The position numbers and the translations under genes are program-made. Positions 34,491 to 47,706 of a stretch of DNA of 64,000 nucleotides are shown piece after piece. The number at the start of each line of letters is the position of its first letter. Positions within the stretch are counted from its first letter, which is position 1. Origin of the DNA: Eledone cirrhosa (Eukaryota). The stretch spans positions 51,770,001 to 51,834,000 of the forward strand of contig OZ024743.1 in the NCBI GenBank assembly GCA_964016885.1. The letters are read 5' to 3'. The notes beneath the pieces are model-generated. The model did not search any database and was not told the DNA's origin. It was given only the letters and a program-made list of their open reading frames with translations.

Positions 34491-35517
34491 TGTTTTAATA
34501 AAACATGACCATCACACGAGAACCACTTTGAGCATCAAGAAGTTGTATTTGCTAACACTGGAAAATGTCAGCATAAAAAAGTATACATTAGAATGTTTCT
34601 TTTTGTTATCAACCTATATTTATATACACAAACATATATTTATATATACATACAGACATCATCATCATCATCGTTTAACGTCTATCTTCCATGCTAGCAT
34701 GGGTTAGACGGGAGTTGTCCCACTTGAGGCAAGATTGGTCGGGTGACTGTGTCTCACTCGTATAGGACTATCTGGCAGGTTTTCTACAGCTGGATGCCCT
34801 TCCTAACATATATTTATATATACATACAGACATATATTTATATATACATACAGACATATTTATATATACATGCATATAGTTATTTATACAGATATACATA
34901 TATATGGGAGTTGAGACAATAAAAACATCTATCTACCTATATATTACAATATATATTAGATATGTATTTGAAATGGACAAAGGTCTCAAAGGAGTGGATC
35001 TGTATGGTGCAATGGTCAACCAAGGACACGGGCCTCAAAGACTCTGAAGCTCAGAACATTGACAATGACTCACCACTGCCTCAACAAGAAAGAAGTATAT
35101 ATCTTAAATATGGGAGCTTAGAGTAAATTTAGCAAAAAAACAAAATGTTAATAAGTAGGAAAGAGGGCAGCAATCTGATGAGGGAGGTGACCTATGTGGG
35201 AAAGGAGTTGGCATAAATTCTATATGATGTACATATTGTTGGGTAAATAACAGGTATAGTGGGATAACAGGTTAACAGGAAAGGAACACTTTGTATGTAG
35301 TAGCTGTTCGAGGTCAATTGATTGTAAGAGTGCCAATAATAATAATAAAATAATGATATAAACACTTTTCCATCCCAGGAAGGATCCATAGAAGTGGTTG
35401 ATAGATTCTGCTACCTAGTGATATAATTGGCAGTGGAGGAGAGTGCTCAAACGGATGAGTTGTAATATACAAAATTAGTTTAAATTCATAACATTTTCAT
35501 CTATCGAAAATTATATG

Positions 35518-38230
35518 ATAATGAAATTATTATGTACAGTGCTCAGGTGCACTACAACTCATCAAAGGTGCATGTATAGTACATAGAATAATATACAAAT
35601 GTCAGGGAAGTGAATAGTGTATGAGTCATGATATACATGGTAGATGCCTGATGGAGGGTATTCGCTTGGTTGCACGTCTCTGAACAGTTTCCAGGCGGTC
35701 AATATTCTGAGCAAGATAGGGGTTCCAGACTGGTGATGCAAATTCTAAGTGTGGCCGCACCATAGCTATTTACAGCTTTAAATAGATAGCTGGAGAGCGG
35801 CTGACAAAGGTCTTGCTGAGTGATGCTAAGACACCCTCGGCCTTCTTGACAATTTTAGAGACGTGCTTCATCCAATACAAATCGCTTCTGACTGTAATGC
35901 CCAGGTCACGTTCACAAGAAGAGTTCTTGATATTAGTGTTGTGGAGGGAGTATGTGGATGCTGAGTCTTTACTCCCAAAATGCATGATGGTACACTTGTC
36001 CACAGCCAGCTTGAGGTGCCAGTCTGTGATCCATTGTTGCATTGTGTCCAGGTCAGATTGCCGGCAAGATCTATAGTGTTCAGGATCTGTCCTTTTTATC
36101 TCAAAGTACATCTTGATGTCATCTGCATATTTCAGTAATGTGGCATTCTTTAAGTTGGCATCTATGTCATTAATATATGCCACAAACAAAAGGAGGCCAA
36201 GAACAGATCCCTGTGGTACACCAGATGACATCTCATATGGTGAGGAATGCTGTCCTAGAACCGTGACTACCTTTCTTCGACTGAGAATGAAGGACTTCAA
36301 CCAGTTAAAACGATCATCCTTCACACCCATTGCAGAGAGTTTTGCCATAAGTCTTTTGTGTGGCACAGAATTGAAAGCTTTAGCAAAGTCAAGGTAAACA
36401 ACATCCACCCATGAGCTGCCATCAGTGATTTGGGTGATGTCTTCAAGAAACTCGATAAGTTGATCACAGCAACTGGAGTTAGGGATAAATCCAAATTGCG
36501 AGGGTCGGATAAGACTGTGATAAGACTGTGAGAGTTCCAGAAATAGTTCACAGGTGATGTGCGGTCACCCTTTTTGAACAGTTTTCCACTGTTCTGGAGT
36601 AACACCGTTGTTCAGACAGAATTGGAAGAAGCGTGATAGCTGGTGCAGAAGGAAGTACCCACCACGTTTGAGAAGCAGGTACGTAACACCATCAAGACCA
36701 GGAGAGGCATGGTTGCGTTTATTTTTAAGGTGACGTTGCAGCATTGCAGGTGTAAATTCCATAGTTGTAATAGAATCCGCTGTCAGAGGTGGTGGAGACA
36801 GTACACTATGGTCTTCAATAGTGAAAATGCCTGCATAGCATTCAGCAATGAGTTCTGTGCATTCCTTGGGGTTGTCAGTAACCTGGCTTGTGTGGGGATT
36901 GCGAAGAGGACCAACTGGAGAGTGAGGCCTCTGCTTTGAGTGAACATACTTCCAGAACACCTTACTGTCAGGGCTGGTTGCTATGCGCTGCTCAAATTGA
37001 AGCACTGCCTTTTTTGTCACCTGTTTGAGGTGGTTGGATGATTTATTTCGCCTCTTCCTATTGATGTCTGATTTATACAGTTTGTACTCACGTTCAACAT
37101 TAGACGTTCTTTTCTGGCAAAACGGACTGCTGCAGTCTCACAAATTGCACTTTTGGGATGTTTTTTCTGCTTACATGGCACTGATGCTACACATGCTGTC
37201 CATATTGAGTTCAGGATGTTCTGGAGTACAGTGTTGACATCTCCAGAGTTGTAGAACTCAAGCCAGTTTGGACGTTGCAGCTCAGTGCAGTAACAGGTCC
37301 AGTCTGCCTTATTCCAGTCAAAGTGAGCAGTTTGGAGATGGTTGTGCATTTTGTTACTGCCCATGAAGGATAGATTAGCAATGATCATAGCATGATCAGA
37401 GTCACCTAAAGGTTCCTCAGTAGTAACACTAATAACCATTTCAGGAGTAGTGGTGAAGAGTAGGTCCAAAGTGTTGTCACCTCTTGTTGGGGAGGTGACT
37501 ACTTGGGACCAGTTCGAGTCCAGCACTAACTCAAGGAACTCATTTGCACTTTGCAGCCAATGAAAGGTTTCCTAATCAATCTCAGGGTAATTGAAGTCCC
37601 TTGCAATAAAAACATAAGTGGCTGTTTTCCTGGCAGCAACTCTGAGGATATCACAAAGTTGAGTGTCCTGATGGTAATTTGTGTGTGTGTGTTGGGGGAG
37701 GGGGGTTAAACAACTCCAAGTATAATTATTGACATGGTCATATGTATATCGCAGAAAAATACTTCTTGATGCGATTGGTTCAAATCAACACAAGGAATTG
37801 CTGAAAAATTTGACCGAACGTAGACCATTACACCACCACCATGACGATTAATGTGATCTTTGTGAAACAAGTTGTAGCCAGCTATGCTGAAAACCCCATC
37901 ACAGAGTAAGGAATGTGCCCATGTTTCCGTGACTGTAATGAAGTCAGGGTCAATACTTTTGACGTAGGAGTCAAAAAGATGTATCTTATTGCATAGACTA
38001 CGTGCATTCAAGGACAACAATTTGTACCTTGATTCCAGTCTATGATTATGTGCAGGGGATGTCAGGTTGTTCTGATTTAGTTTCCCAGAGTTTTTTCAGT
38101 TTTTTTATTGTCAGTTGTTGTGGGTACAGTGTTTTCAGACCAGATGGTATCTCTTTTCCATGTTTCACCAGCCTTAATAAACTTTCATATCTGCCCATCA
38201 TCACGTAGGCTGAAGCTTTCATGTTTTGCC
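35518..38230 (-). mobile_element. CR1/L2-group LINE (APE + RT), decayed with internal deletions
   Basis: LSLNARSL..ITVTETW (APE), SPGLDGV, YLDFAKAFNSVPH, SGVPQGSVLG, YADDIK, ERDLGI. 3' UTR at 35518-35640. Confidence 0.9.
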
Positions 38231-38934
38231 AACCTATATGTCCGTTTTGCCAGGGAATTATTATTTCTGTAACACATCAGTCCAATATCTTTGAAATCGA
38301 CATTCAGATTAGAATTCTACTAGAATTCTTTTGGAAGGGGAGAGAATTTGGGCTGTGTGGGTAAGTTTTCAGTTAGATAAGGAAAGATAACTCTTATTTA
38401 GTCTTCCGCAAAATAGTAAAACGTTCGTGTTTTGGGTTGGGGAATCTATTGTGGGCTGGAAAGATATAGTGGGGTCTTTACCTAAAAGGTTTCTTGTCTG
38501 CTAGATAGATGCTATAGAGGTTACAGCTTCGTAGAAATGGTATTCCTTTTTTCTTTTTTTGGTATGTTAGAAAGACATTATAGAAAGGAAAGTTTTATAA
38601 TGAGGGATGGGGATAAGCTCGGAATTCAGGGTTGTGGGTTGTGGGTGTCTAGATGTTATCTGGGGTTCTTCCAGAATATATTTCTGGGGTTCTTCCAGAA
38701 TATATTTCAATATATATTTCAGCACGTGGGGGCAGCATTTGAAAAAAACCGGCCTTCATATTAAGGCATATTTTTGTAGTGTGCAGCTGTCTCTAGTAGA
38801 ACTCTAATCCTAACAAAATCTATTTTAAAGATGTAAGACTGACAAGCTGCGGAAATAATAATTCCCCAGCAAAACGTGCATATTCAACAGATAAAAATGT
38901 TATGAATTTAATCTAATTTTGTATATATATATAT

Positions 38935-39708
38935 ACGAACTAAGGAAAAAATTAGAAATAAGAGGGATCAGATGTTGTTTACTCGAGAGAAGGCTACGTT
39001 GGTATGGTCACGTGATGCGCATGAAAGACGACAGCTGTATAACAAAGTGCAGGGCAATAAAGATAGATGGTAGCCACGGAGTAGGCAGACCCAGAAAAAC
39101 CTGGGACGAGCTGATAAATTCCGACCTCACACATTTACACCTCTCCAAGACAATGTCACTGGACCGAGACCTTTGGTGGTACCCAGTAACAGAGAAGACC
39201 CGCCTTACCTAAATACAAAGTAAAACCTACTACAGTCAGTAGGCATCTCTAACAAAATACACCCCCGTCCCACCACCCCCACCCCATCCACACCGCCCCT
39301 TTCAATGCAAAGTTATGTTGGTGCCACAACATCCAGGCCGAAACAAATGAGATCGTGTAGGTGTCACGACAAAGAACACACAGTCGACGCTGTAATGTGG
39401 CCGTGTAGGCAACACGGTAAAAACTTCCCAGTCCCACACTGTAAATGTGGTTGGTGTTAGGAAGGGCATCCAGCTGTAGAAAACCTGCCAGACAGTCCAC
39501 GCTGTAATGTAGCCGTATAGGCAACACGGTAAAAACCTCCTAGCCCCACACTGTAAATGTGGTTGGTGTTAGGAAGGGCATCCAGCTGTAGAAAATCCGC
39601 CAGACAGTCCTATGCGAGCAAGACAACCACTCTTGCCTCAAGTGGGAAAACCCCCGTCCAAACCCATGCAAGCGTGGAACATGGACGTTAAACGATGATG
39701 ATGATGAT
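38935..39708 (+). mobile_element. 5'-truncated copy of the young RTE family, in (TA)n
   Basis: Nearly identical to 21214-21887, with an internal duplication of part of the UTR. Confidence 0.92.
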
Positions 39709-39834
39709 ATATATATATATATATGTATATATGTAGGAGGTGAGTTTTATTGTAGAACAATAAAGCAATGTAAATATTGGATAAGTAACACTCAATAGTT
39801 TATTGGACTGGAGTATATATATATATATAAAATA

Positions 39835-40020
39835 ATTGTTTCTACTTTAGACACAAGGCCAGCAATTACCGAGTTCATTACTGGTACTTTATTTTATCGA
39901 CCCCGTAAGGATGAAAGGCAAAGTCAACCTCGGCGGGATTTGAACTCAGATCGTAAAGAGACGTAACTATGCTGGAAAGCATGGCGTCCGACCCACTACC
40001 GATACTGGCAATCCACCGCC
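39835..40020 (-). mobile_element. tRNA-derived SINE family A, apparently complete
   Basis: A-box-like TTGCCAGTATCGG, B box GAGTTCAAATCCC and family core; flanked by (TA)n. Confidence 0.8.
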
Positions 40021-40087
40021 CTATATATATATAAAATAATATGTGTAAGTCAAACATGTTAAAGTTGGCTTTGTTTATTCTAATTCG

Positions 40088-40138
40088 CTGCTATATATTT
40101 CAGTGACAGCCATTATTGGCTGTGACCTCATCAGGCAG
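40088..40138 (-). ncRNA. Minimal type I hammerhead ribozyme motif
   Basis: Minus strand reads CTGC-CTGATGA-GGTCACAGCCA-ATAA-TGGCTGTCACT-GAA-ATATAT-A-GCAG. It has a 4-bp stem I, an 11-position stem II with one mismatch, a palindromic stem III and an AUA cleavage triplet. Confidence 0.7.
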
Positions 40139-40314
40139 TAAGCATTAATGTAGAAAAAACAGGAAAACATGGTGTTGTAACGTGTTCTACCCTGTTAATT
40201 CATCGATATGTCCAGCTCCTGGGTGTGTTGTTAGTCCTCAAAGGAACTGGAATCATATGAGCAAGAATAAACGAATTTTAGCGTCCAGATGATATGCCCC
40301 AACCAACACACTAA

Positions 40315-40364
<50 letters not shown>

Positions 40365-40479
40365 TATATATATTTATATATATATATATACACACATACG
40401 CACACATACACACACACATATATATATATATATATTTATATATCCACACACATTCTATTCGGAACTACAACTTCCTACA

Positions 40480-41150
40480 GGGTAGGAGTCAATCTGTTGC
40501 TGCAAGCAGTTTTCTCTTTATCAAGTCACTTGTAATAAGTGGTATACCTCAGACATGGTTCTAGGACCACTTCTGTTTGTCATTACCCTGTCAGGTATAA
40601 ACCTATAGGTACACTCGGCCAACTTAATGAGTTATGCCAATGGCACAAAAATATTGATGGCTATCCAAACCCAGAAGATGCCATCACACTCCAAAATTAG
40701 CTAAACTTTATTTATCGATAGGCAGATGAAAATAATATGAAATTCATTGCATCAAAATTTTAGCTTCATTATGGAGGGACGTACACAGTACACATATTTG
40801 ATGGCAGATAACACAATGATTCAGAGCACTAATCACATATGAGATTTAGGAATAATTATGTCAAATGATGCATCTTTCATCAGACACATCTTCAAAGTAA
40901 CTTGTAAATGCAAACATCTCATAGGATAGATCCTATGAACCTTTGTAGCAGGAGAACCAGTAGTTATGCTAACTCTAGGGAAAACCTTAGTTCTGCACAG
41001 ATTAGATTACTGCTCACAGCTATGGTATCAACACATACTAAATATCATAGAAGAAATTGAAAGGTTACAGAGAACCAAAGGCCTTAATTAGTGGGAATGT
41101 CTGAAAACTTTGCGTTTCTACTCTCGTGAATGATGAAGAGAGAGAGATAC
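40480..41150 (+). mobile_element. Old CR1-like RT fragment
   Basis: VISGIPQ..LGPLLFV, SYA(N)(G)TK, DLGIIMS, RLDYCSQLW; many stops. Confidence 0.65.
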
Positions 41151-41329
41151 TGCCAGCTTCCAAATATGACCTCTTCAAAATTGTGGGCAAAAACACTCTT
41201 TTGTACCAGAGAGATTATTGGTAAATATACATAAATAGATAAGCATAGATTGAAAGTCAGACAGATAGATAGTGAGGTAGGTAGATAAATAGGGTGACAA
41301 ATAGACAGCCTAATATTTAGAGGTCCTCA

Positions 41330-42652
41330 AGTACTTGTTTCCTTGGGCATGGATACATTGAAGCTCCGACGTCTGGCAACTGACTTGGTAAACACCCACA
41401 AAATTATTAACCATCTTGCCAACAACAACCCTGAGCACCTTTTTGATTTCCATGTGTCTAACACACGTGGGCATGCTCACAAAGTCAGAAAACAGCACAG
41501 TTCCCATGTCTTTCGGAAACACTTTTTCACGCTCAGAGTTGCTGAAGTATGGAACAAACTACCTGCATCAGTTGTTAGCTGTTGAGACACTGCATCCTTT
41601 AAAACCTCCATGGAACAAATTACCTGCATCAGTTGTTAGCTGTCGAGACACTGCATCCTTTAAAACCTCCATGGAACAAACTACCTGCATCAGTTGTTAG
41701 CTGTTGAGACACTGCATCCTTTAAAACCTCCATGGAACAAACTCCCTGTATCAGTTGTTAGCTGTTGAGACACTGCATCCTTTAAAACCTCCATGGAACA
41801 AACTACCTGCATCAGTTGTTAGCTGTCGAGACACTGCATCCTTTAAAACCTCCATGGAACAAACTACCTGCATCAGTGTTAGCTGTTGAGACACTGCATC
41901 CTTTAAAACCTCCATGGAACAAACTACCTGCATCAGTTGTTAACTGTCGAGACACTGCATCCTTTAAAACCTCCATGGAACAAACTACCTGCATCAGTTG
42001 TTAACTGTCCAGACACTGCATCCTTTAAAACCTCCATGGAACAAACTACCTGCATCAGTTGTTAACTGTCGAGACACTGCATCCTTTAAAACCTCCATGG
42101 AACAAACTACCTGCATCAGTTGTTAACTGTCCAGACACTGCATCCTTTAAAACCTCCATGGAACAAACTTCCTACATCAGTTGTTAACTGTCGAGACACT
42201 GCATCCTTTAAAACCTCCATGGAACAAACTACCTGCATCAGTTGTTAGCTGTCAAGACACTGCATCCTTTAAAACCTCCATGGAACAAACTACCTGCATC
42301 AGTTGTTAACTGTCGAGACACTGCATCCTTTAAAACCTCCATGGAACAAACTACCTGCATCAGTTGTTAACTGTCGAGACACTGCATCCTTTAAAACCTC
42401 CATGGAACAAACTACCTGCATCAGTTGTTAGCTGTCGAGACACTGCATCCTTTTTAAAACCTCCATGCTTCCTGAGATTCGCCAACACTACACCTAATAT
42501 TCCCCCTCCATACACATACACACATGTATATCATGACTCATACACTATTCACTTCCCTGACATTTGTATATTATTCTATGTACTATACATGCACCTTTGA
42601 CGAGTTGTAGTGCACCTGAGCACTTTACACAATAATTTTATTATTATTATTA
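41330..42652 (+). mobile_element. CR1-like LINE 3' end containing a tandem array
   Basis: LGMDTLKLRRLATDLV..NTRGH..FFTLRVAEVWNKLPASVV, then 3' UTR and (ATT)n tail. Confidence 0.88.
41550..42465. repeat. 61-bp minisatellite, 15 units
   Basis: Unit TGGAACAAACTACCTGCATCAGTTGTTAGCTGTCGAGACACTGCATCCTTTAAAACCTCCA. Confidence 0.96.
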
Positions 42653-43954
42653 CTCAACTGCCTACCTAAAGAAACCAGAAATATAAATGGCACCTCTATG
42701 GAAACATTGAAGGAAACACTGGATGAACTAACCCTGAAACCAGAAGCTTAGGAAATACTTTGTCAAATATACATAGATAAGTATAGATTGAAAGTCAGAC
42801 AGATAGATAGAGAGGTAGGTAGATCGGTAAACAAGTAGACATATAGGTAGATCAACATATAGACAAAGATAGTGTATATATACAAAGATAGAGAGATGGA
42901 TCGAGAGATAGGCAGTTAGGTAGGTAGATAGATAAATAGATAGAGATAGATATTGGTTAGATAGATGTATTTATTGTTTGAAGATATCTAAGTAGGTAGC
43001 TATAGATAGCTGCTGCTTGGCCACTGAACATCTTATCAACAGTGTGTGAGAGAGAGATAGGGAGGGAGGACAATATCAAATTACTTTTTCCCTGTCAAAG
43101 TTAACACAAGGTAACACTTGTGTTTTCTTATAAAGATATAACTTTGCTTTGTCTTCTCGTTAATAGAAAGGAGGAACAGGAGGGAAATTGCACTAATTTT
43201 TACAGGTTGAGGTGTGTCTGATATTTGTCAGTTTGAGACTGGTTAGTCCTAATTCACATATGTCACCTTTCAACTTTACCATAACGGTGTAACTTGTTGG
43301 ACCTGTGGCAATCACAGGATCATATTGTTTTGTTATGAAAGATAAAGTGTGTGTAATATGGCAAATATTTAATAACTATGGTAGGTAAATATTTTGAGGG
43401 TCAATATAATTATCTTTGTTGTTGTTGTAAGCTACTGATTATCTTGTCATTGTAACAAGGGGCTTTATATGAAACTACCCAGCACATCTGCTAGGGTTGG
43501 GTGTGTGGTGGAGGTGGTGGTGGAGTTAATTAATCCTCACCATTCACAAGGTACGAAAATGGTGCGGGGAGATAAAGCCCTTTATCTATTGTTAAATTGC
43601 TAAGCTGTTTCCTTATTTTTTCATATATTTATATTAATTCCCAATTTATAATTTATTGTGAGGCTAGGTCAGAATTAAGACAGATTCAAACCCATAGCTT
43701 GTTGTCATGCAAACAATTTGATGTTTTAATTGCTCATATCAAAAGAAGACACTCTCTGAACACATGTTGCAATACACAACTCTCCCCCTCTCCCTTTCTC
43801 TTGCTTCATATTTCTATAGGAATATATATTGATACATATACTAACATTCACACACATATACCTATCATCATCATCATTGTCTTTAGATGTTTTTCCATGG
43901 TATATATACATGTAAGTGTTTGTTAATGTTAAGGTTGTAGAATTATAAATAACA

Positions 43955-44480
43955 ACAATGGCTGTCCATGGGAACTTCTGTATGTTGACAATCTGGTTCT
44001 TATAGCTTGGAAGAGCTTGAGAAGAAATTACAGTCGTGAAAACAGAATCAAAAGTGGTGAGAATAAATTTAGTGAAGACCAACGTTTTAGTAAGTAAGAA
44101 AAAAGAAGACATGATACTGGTTTCACCAGGGAAATACCCTTGCTTGATATGTAGAAAAGGAGTGTATATAGTATACACAAAGTAAAGTTTGGGTTACCAG
44201 GAGGTGTAGTGGAATAGCAGGCAGACTAACAGAAAAGGTATACTTTGTACATGGCAGATATACAAGGATAGTTGATCATAATAACACAAGCAAAATAATT
44301 TTTGTTCAATCCCAAAATGGCTCCATAGATCTTTTGCTACCTATGTGACTTAATTATCAGAGAAGGCTTTAAGAGCATAGCAACTAGAATAAAAATAGGA
44401 TGGAAAAAGTTCAAAGAGTTACTAACTTTGTTTGCAATAAAAGGTTTCTCTCTATATGGTGCATGCAATGTTAGTGAGAT
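43955..44480 (+). mobile_element. Old RTE fragment with decayed PHD region
   Basis: GCPWELLYVDNLVL, INLVKT, GKYPCLICRKG, GWKKFKELL. Confidence 0.75.
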
Positions 44481-44972
44481 ATGGGCAGTAAAAATATATA
44501 GTGCTGGTCTCCTCCCACACCATGCTGCTCTCAATGAGATCATAAAGCATAGCCCACAAAGTCAGAAAACAGCACAGCTCCCATGACTTTCAGAAACATT
44601 TTTTCACGCTAAGAGTTGCTGAAGCATGAAACAAACTACCTGCATCAGTTGTTAGCTGTCGAGACACTGCATCCTTTAAAACCTCCATGCTTCCTGAGAT
44701 TCGCCAACACTACACCTGATATCCCCCTCCATACACAGGCACACATATATTTCATGACTCATACACTGTTCATTTTCCTGACATTTGAACTTTATTCTAT
44801 GTATTATACATGCACCTTTGATGAGTTGTAGTGCACCTGAGCACTGTACACAATAATTTCATTATTATTATTATTATATATATAGGAAAAGAGTCAGGAC
44901 CCCGATGGCTGAGCTCCGGCCGTTTTGACAGCTAGATCCAAACTAACCTCGCTATATATATATATATATATA

Positions 44973-45022
<50 letters not shown>

Positions 45023-46457
45023 TATATATATATACTAACTGAGGTACCGGGAGAACATCTAAGAGAAGACAGATAAAAGAGAAAACAACTGTATTGGATG
45101 TATTGTCTCGTATAAGTTGAGACCGTAATGTGTGTGTATGTGTGTGAGAGAGACATAAAGAAAAAACAATCATAAAACTTTTTTATTAGGCTGGGGGTGT
45201 AAACTGCTGATTAAATGGTAGTATTGGGCTTGGATTTTAAATGTTGTGAAATAACCATAGTCAGTATGATCTTTTTCAGCTCTAAGGGATGTCATCTGAA
45301 ACACAGCAATATACCACATAACATTGCTTCTGAAGTGTTTAACTTTGCTAGTACGATCTGTAAGTAGTATATATAGATAAAAGCTGGAGGGTAGATTAAT
45401 TTCAAATAGTGTCAATTTTTCTTTGTTCTGTAAAATCAAAGACTGTAAAAGTACTTTATAAAAACTATCGCAATATTGTTAAACCTTCAACAGATATACT
45501 TTGATCTATAGTTTAAGCCGATGTGGGATATATATTTAATTTAATGTAAAATAAAATAATTATTAGATTCTCCAGCTGCTGTATCAATATAAATCACCTA
45601 CAGTAAAATTTTGCTGGAGATAGATTAACAAAATTTAATAAGCGCAGAGGGGGCAGGTGGTTGGAAAAAATCTGAAAAATTAATAAGCAGGTGGCGATTA
45701 TTGAAGACCGGAGAATATGTGAGAGAGAAGTTAGATGAAATGTATTAATAATAGAGTGTTATTTCAGAAATATAATAATAAACAAATATAACCGCACTGA
45801 AATTACTGAGACATCTACTTTTCAGTTATTAAAAAAACTAGGATTTTTTTCAACACACTCATGTTTATCTGTATATATGTGTGTGTGTGTGTGTGTATCT
45901 GTATATATGTGTGTGTATGTGTGTATATGTGTATATTTATATGTATGAGTATATAAATATAAACATGCAAATACAGACACACTTCCAAAACTACACACTC
46001 AGACATACATTCACACAAACACACACATATATTCGCACAAACACACACATATATTCACACAAACATACATACATTCACACAAACATACATACATTCACAC
46101 AAACACATACATACATTCACACAAACACACACATACATTCACACAAGCACTTGCATACATACACAGCATAATAAATGGAATGCCAGCTGCTATTTGCTAT
46201 AGTTTTTTCACCACCCCCTGCCTTCCTTTTACACACACATACATTCATTCACCCAGGCAGCAGACGTAAGGAGAGAGGAGTAGTATGAGGTAGTCAAACT
46301 ACTCCTCTCCCTTTACGTGTTGTGACAGAATTACAGAAATTTATATATAGATGCTATTAACCAAATTGGCTTCCATATACACCAAATTTTGTTCCAATAG
46401 ATTTATGAAACACTGCAAAATAAAAAGGCCAGTCTTATTGTCTAAAGTCTGTCTTAA

Positions 46458-47433
46458 CCCTTTAGCATTTACATTACTCTATATCTACTATTGTATTGTT
46501 GTGGTAAAAACTTTACCTCACATAATATCTCACATAACATTTACATTACTCTCTATCTACTATTGTATTGTTGTGGTAAAGACTTTACCTCACATAACAT
46601 CTCACATAGCATTTACATTACTCTCTATCTACTATTGTATTGTTGTGGTAAAGGCTTTACCTCACATAACATCTCACATAGCATTTACATTACTCTCTAT
46701 CTACTATTGTATTGTTGTGGTAAAGGCTTTACCTCACATAACATCTCACATAACATTTACATTACTCTCTATCTACTATTGTATTGTTGTGGTAAAGACT
46801 TTACCTCACATAACATCTCACATAACATTTACATTACTCTCTATCTACTATTGTATTGTTGTGGTAAAGACTTTACCTCACATAACATCTCACATAGCAT
46901 TTACATTACTCTCTATCTACTATTGTATTGTTGTGGTAAAGGCTTTACCTCACATAACATCTCACATAGCATTTACATTACTCTCTATCTACTATTGTAT
47001 TGTTGTGGTAAAGGCTTTACCTCACATAACATCTCACATAGCATTTACATTACTCTATATATACTATTGTATTGTTGTGGTAAAGGCTTTACCTCACATA
47101 GCATTTACATTACTCTCTATCTACTATTGTATTGTTGTGGTAAAGGCTTTACCTCACATAGCATTTACATTACTCTCTATCTACTATTGTATTGTTGTGG
47201 TAAAGGCTTTATCTTACATAACATCTCACATAACATTTACATTACTCTATATATACTATTGTATTGTTGTGGTAAAGGCTTTATCTTACTTAATATCAAA
47301 TATACCAGATTTTGATGTTATTTATTTTGAGAAAAATACCTTAACGTAAGTATTAGTGGCCAGTTACGGCTGGTTTGAACAGAAAGAGGTGAGAGAATTT
47401 TGGCCGGATATGGCTGGTTTAAATGCTAAAGGG
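46458..47433 (+). mobile_element. piggyBac-type MITE family 1 with 12 internal 72/60-bp units
   Basis: TTAA at 46454-46457 and 47434-47437; perfect TIR CCCTTTAGCATTTA. Confidence 0.9.
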
Positions 47434-47454
47434 TTAAGCTATTTAAGGCTTGTT

Positions 47455-47706
47455 AGGCTGGTGCTTATCTCGGTTTCATGGCATGAAGCGACTGAGAGCA
47501 CAAGACACCCCCCCTGAACAGGATGCCAGTCCATCGCAGGGTTAAACCTCAAGCTATTGCTGGTACTCATTTTCAGCTGAGTGTACTGGAGCAATGTGAA
47601 ATGAAGTGTTTTGCTCAAGAACACAAAATGCAACCCAGCCCAAGAATCGAACCTTTGTTACTATGATTGTAAGTCCAACTCCCTTACCACTAGGCCACGC
47701 GCCTCC
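47455..47706 (-). mobile_element. tRNA-derived SINE family B
   Basis: Homologous to 33105-33360; B box GGTTCGATTC on the minus strand. Confidence 0.75.

Noticed and set aside
39900-40020. tRNA gene (A/B boxes)
   Set aside because: The boxes belong to a multi-copy SINE head with no cloverleaf acceptor stem.
41550-42465. CRISPR-like regular array
   Set aside because: Units are contiguous near-identical 61-mers with no unique spacers, are LINE-derived, and there are no cas genes in this eukaryotic context.
46351-47349. 332-aa and 274-aa ORFs as protein-coding genes
   Set aside because: They are translations of the 72/60-bp tandem unit inside a TTAA-flanked MITE.
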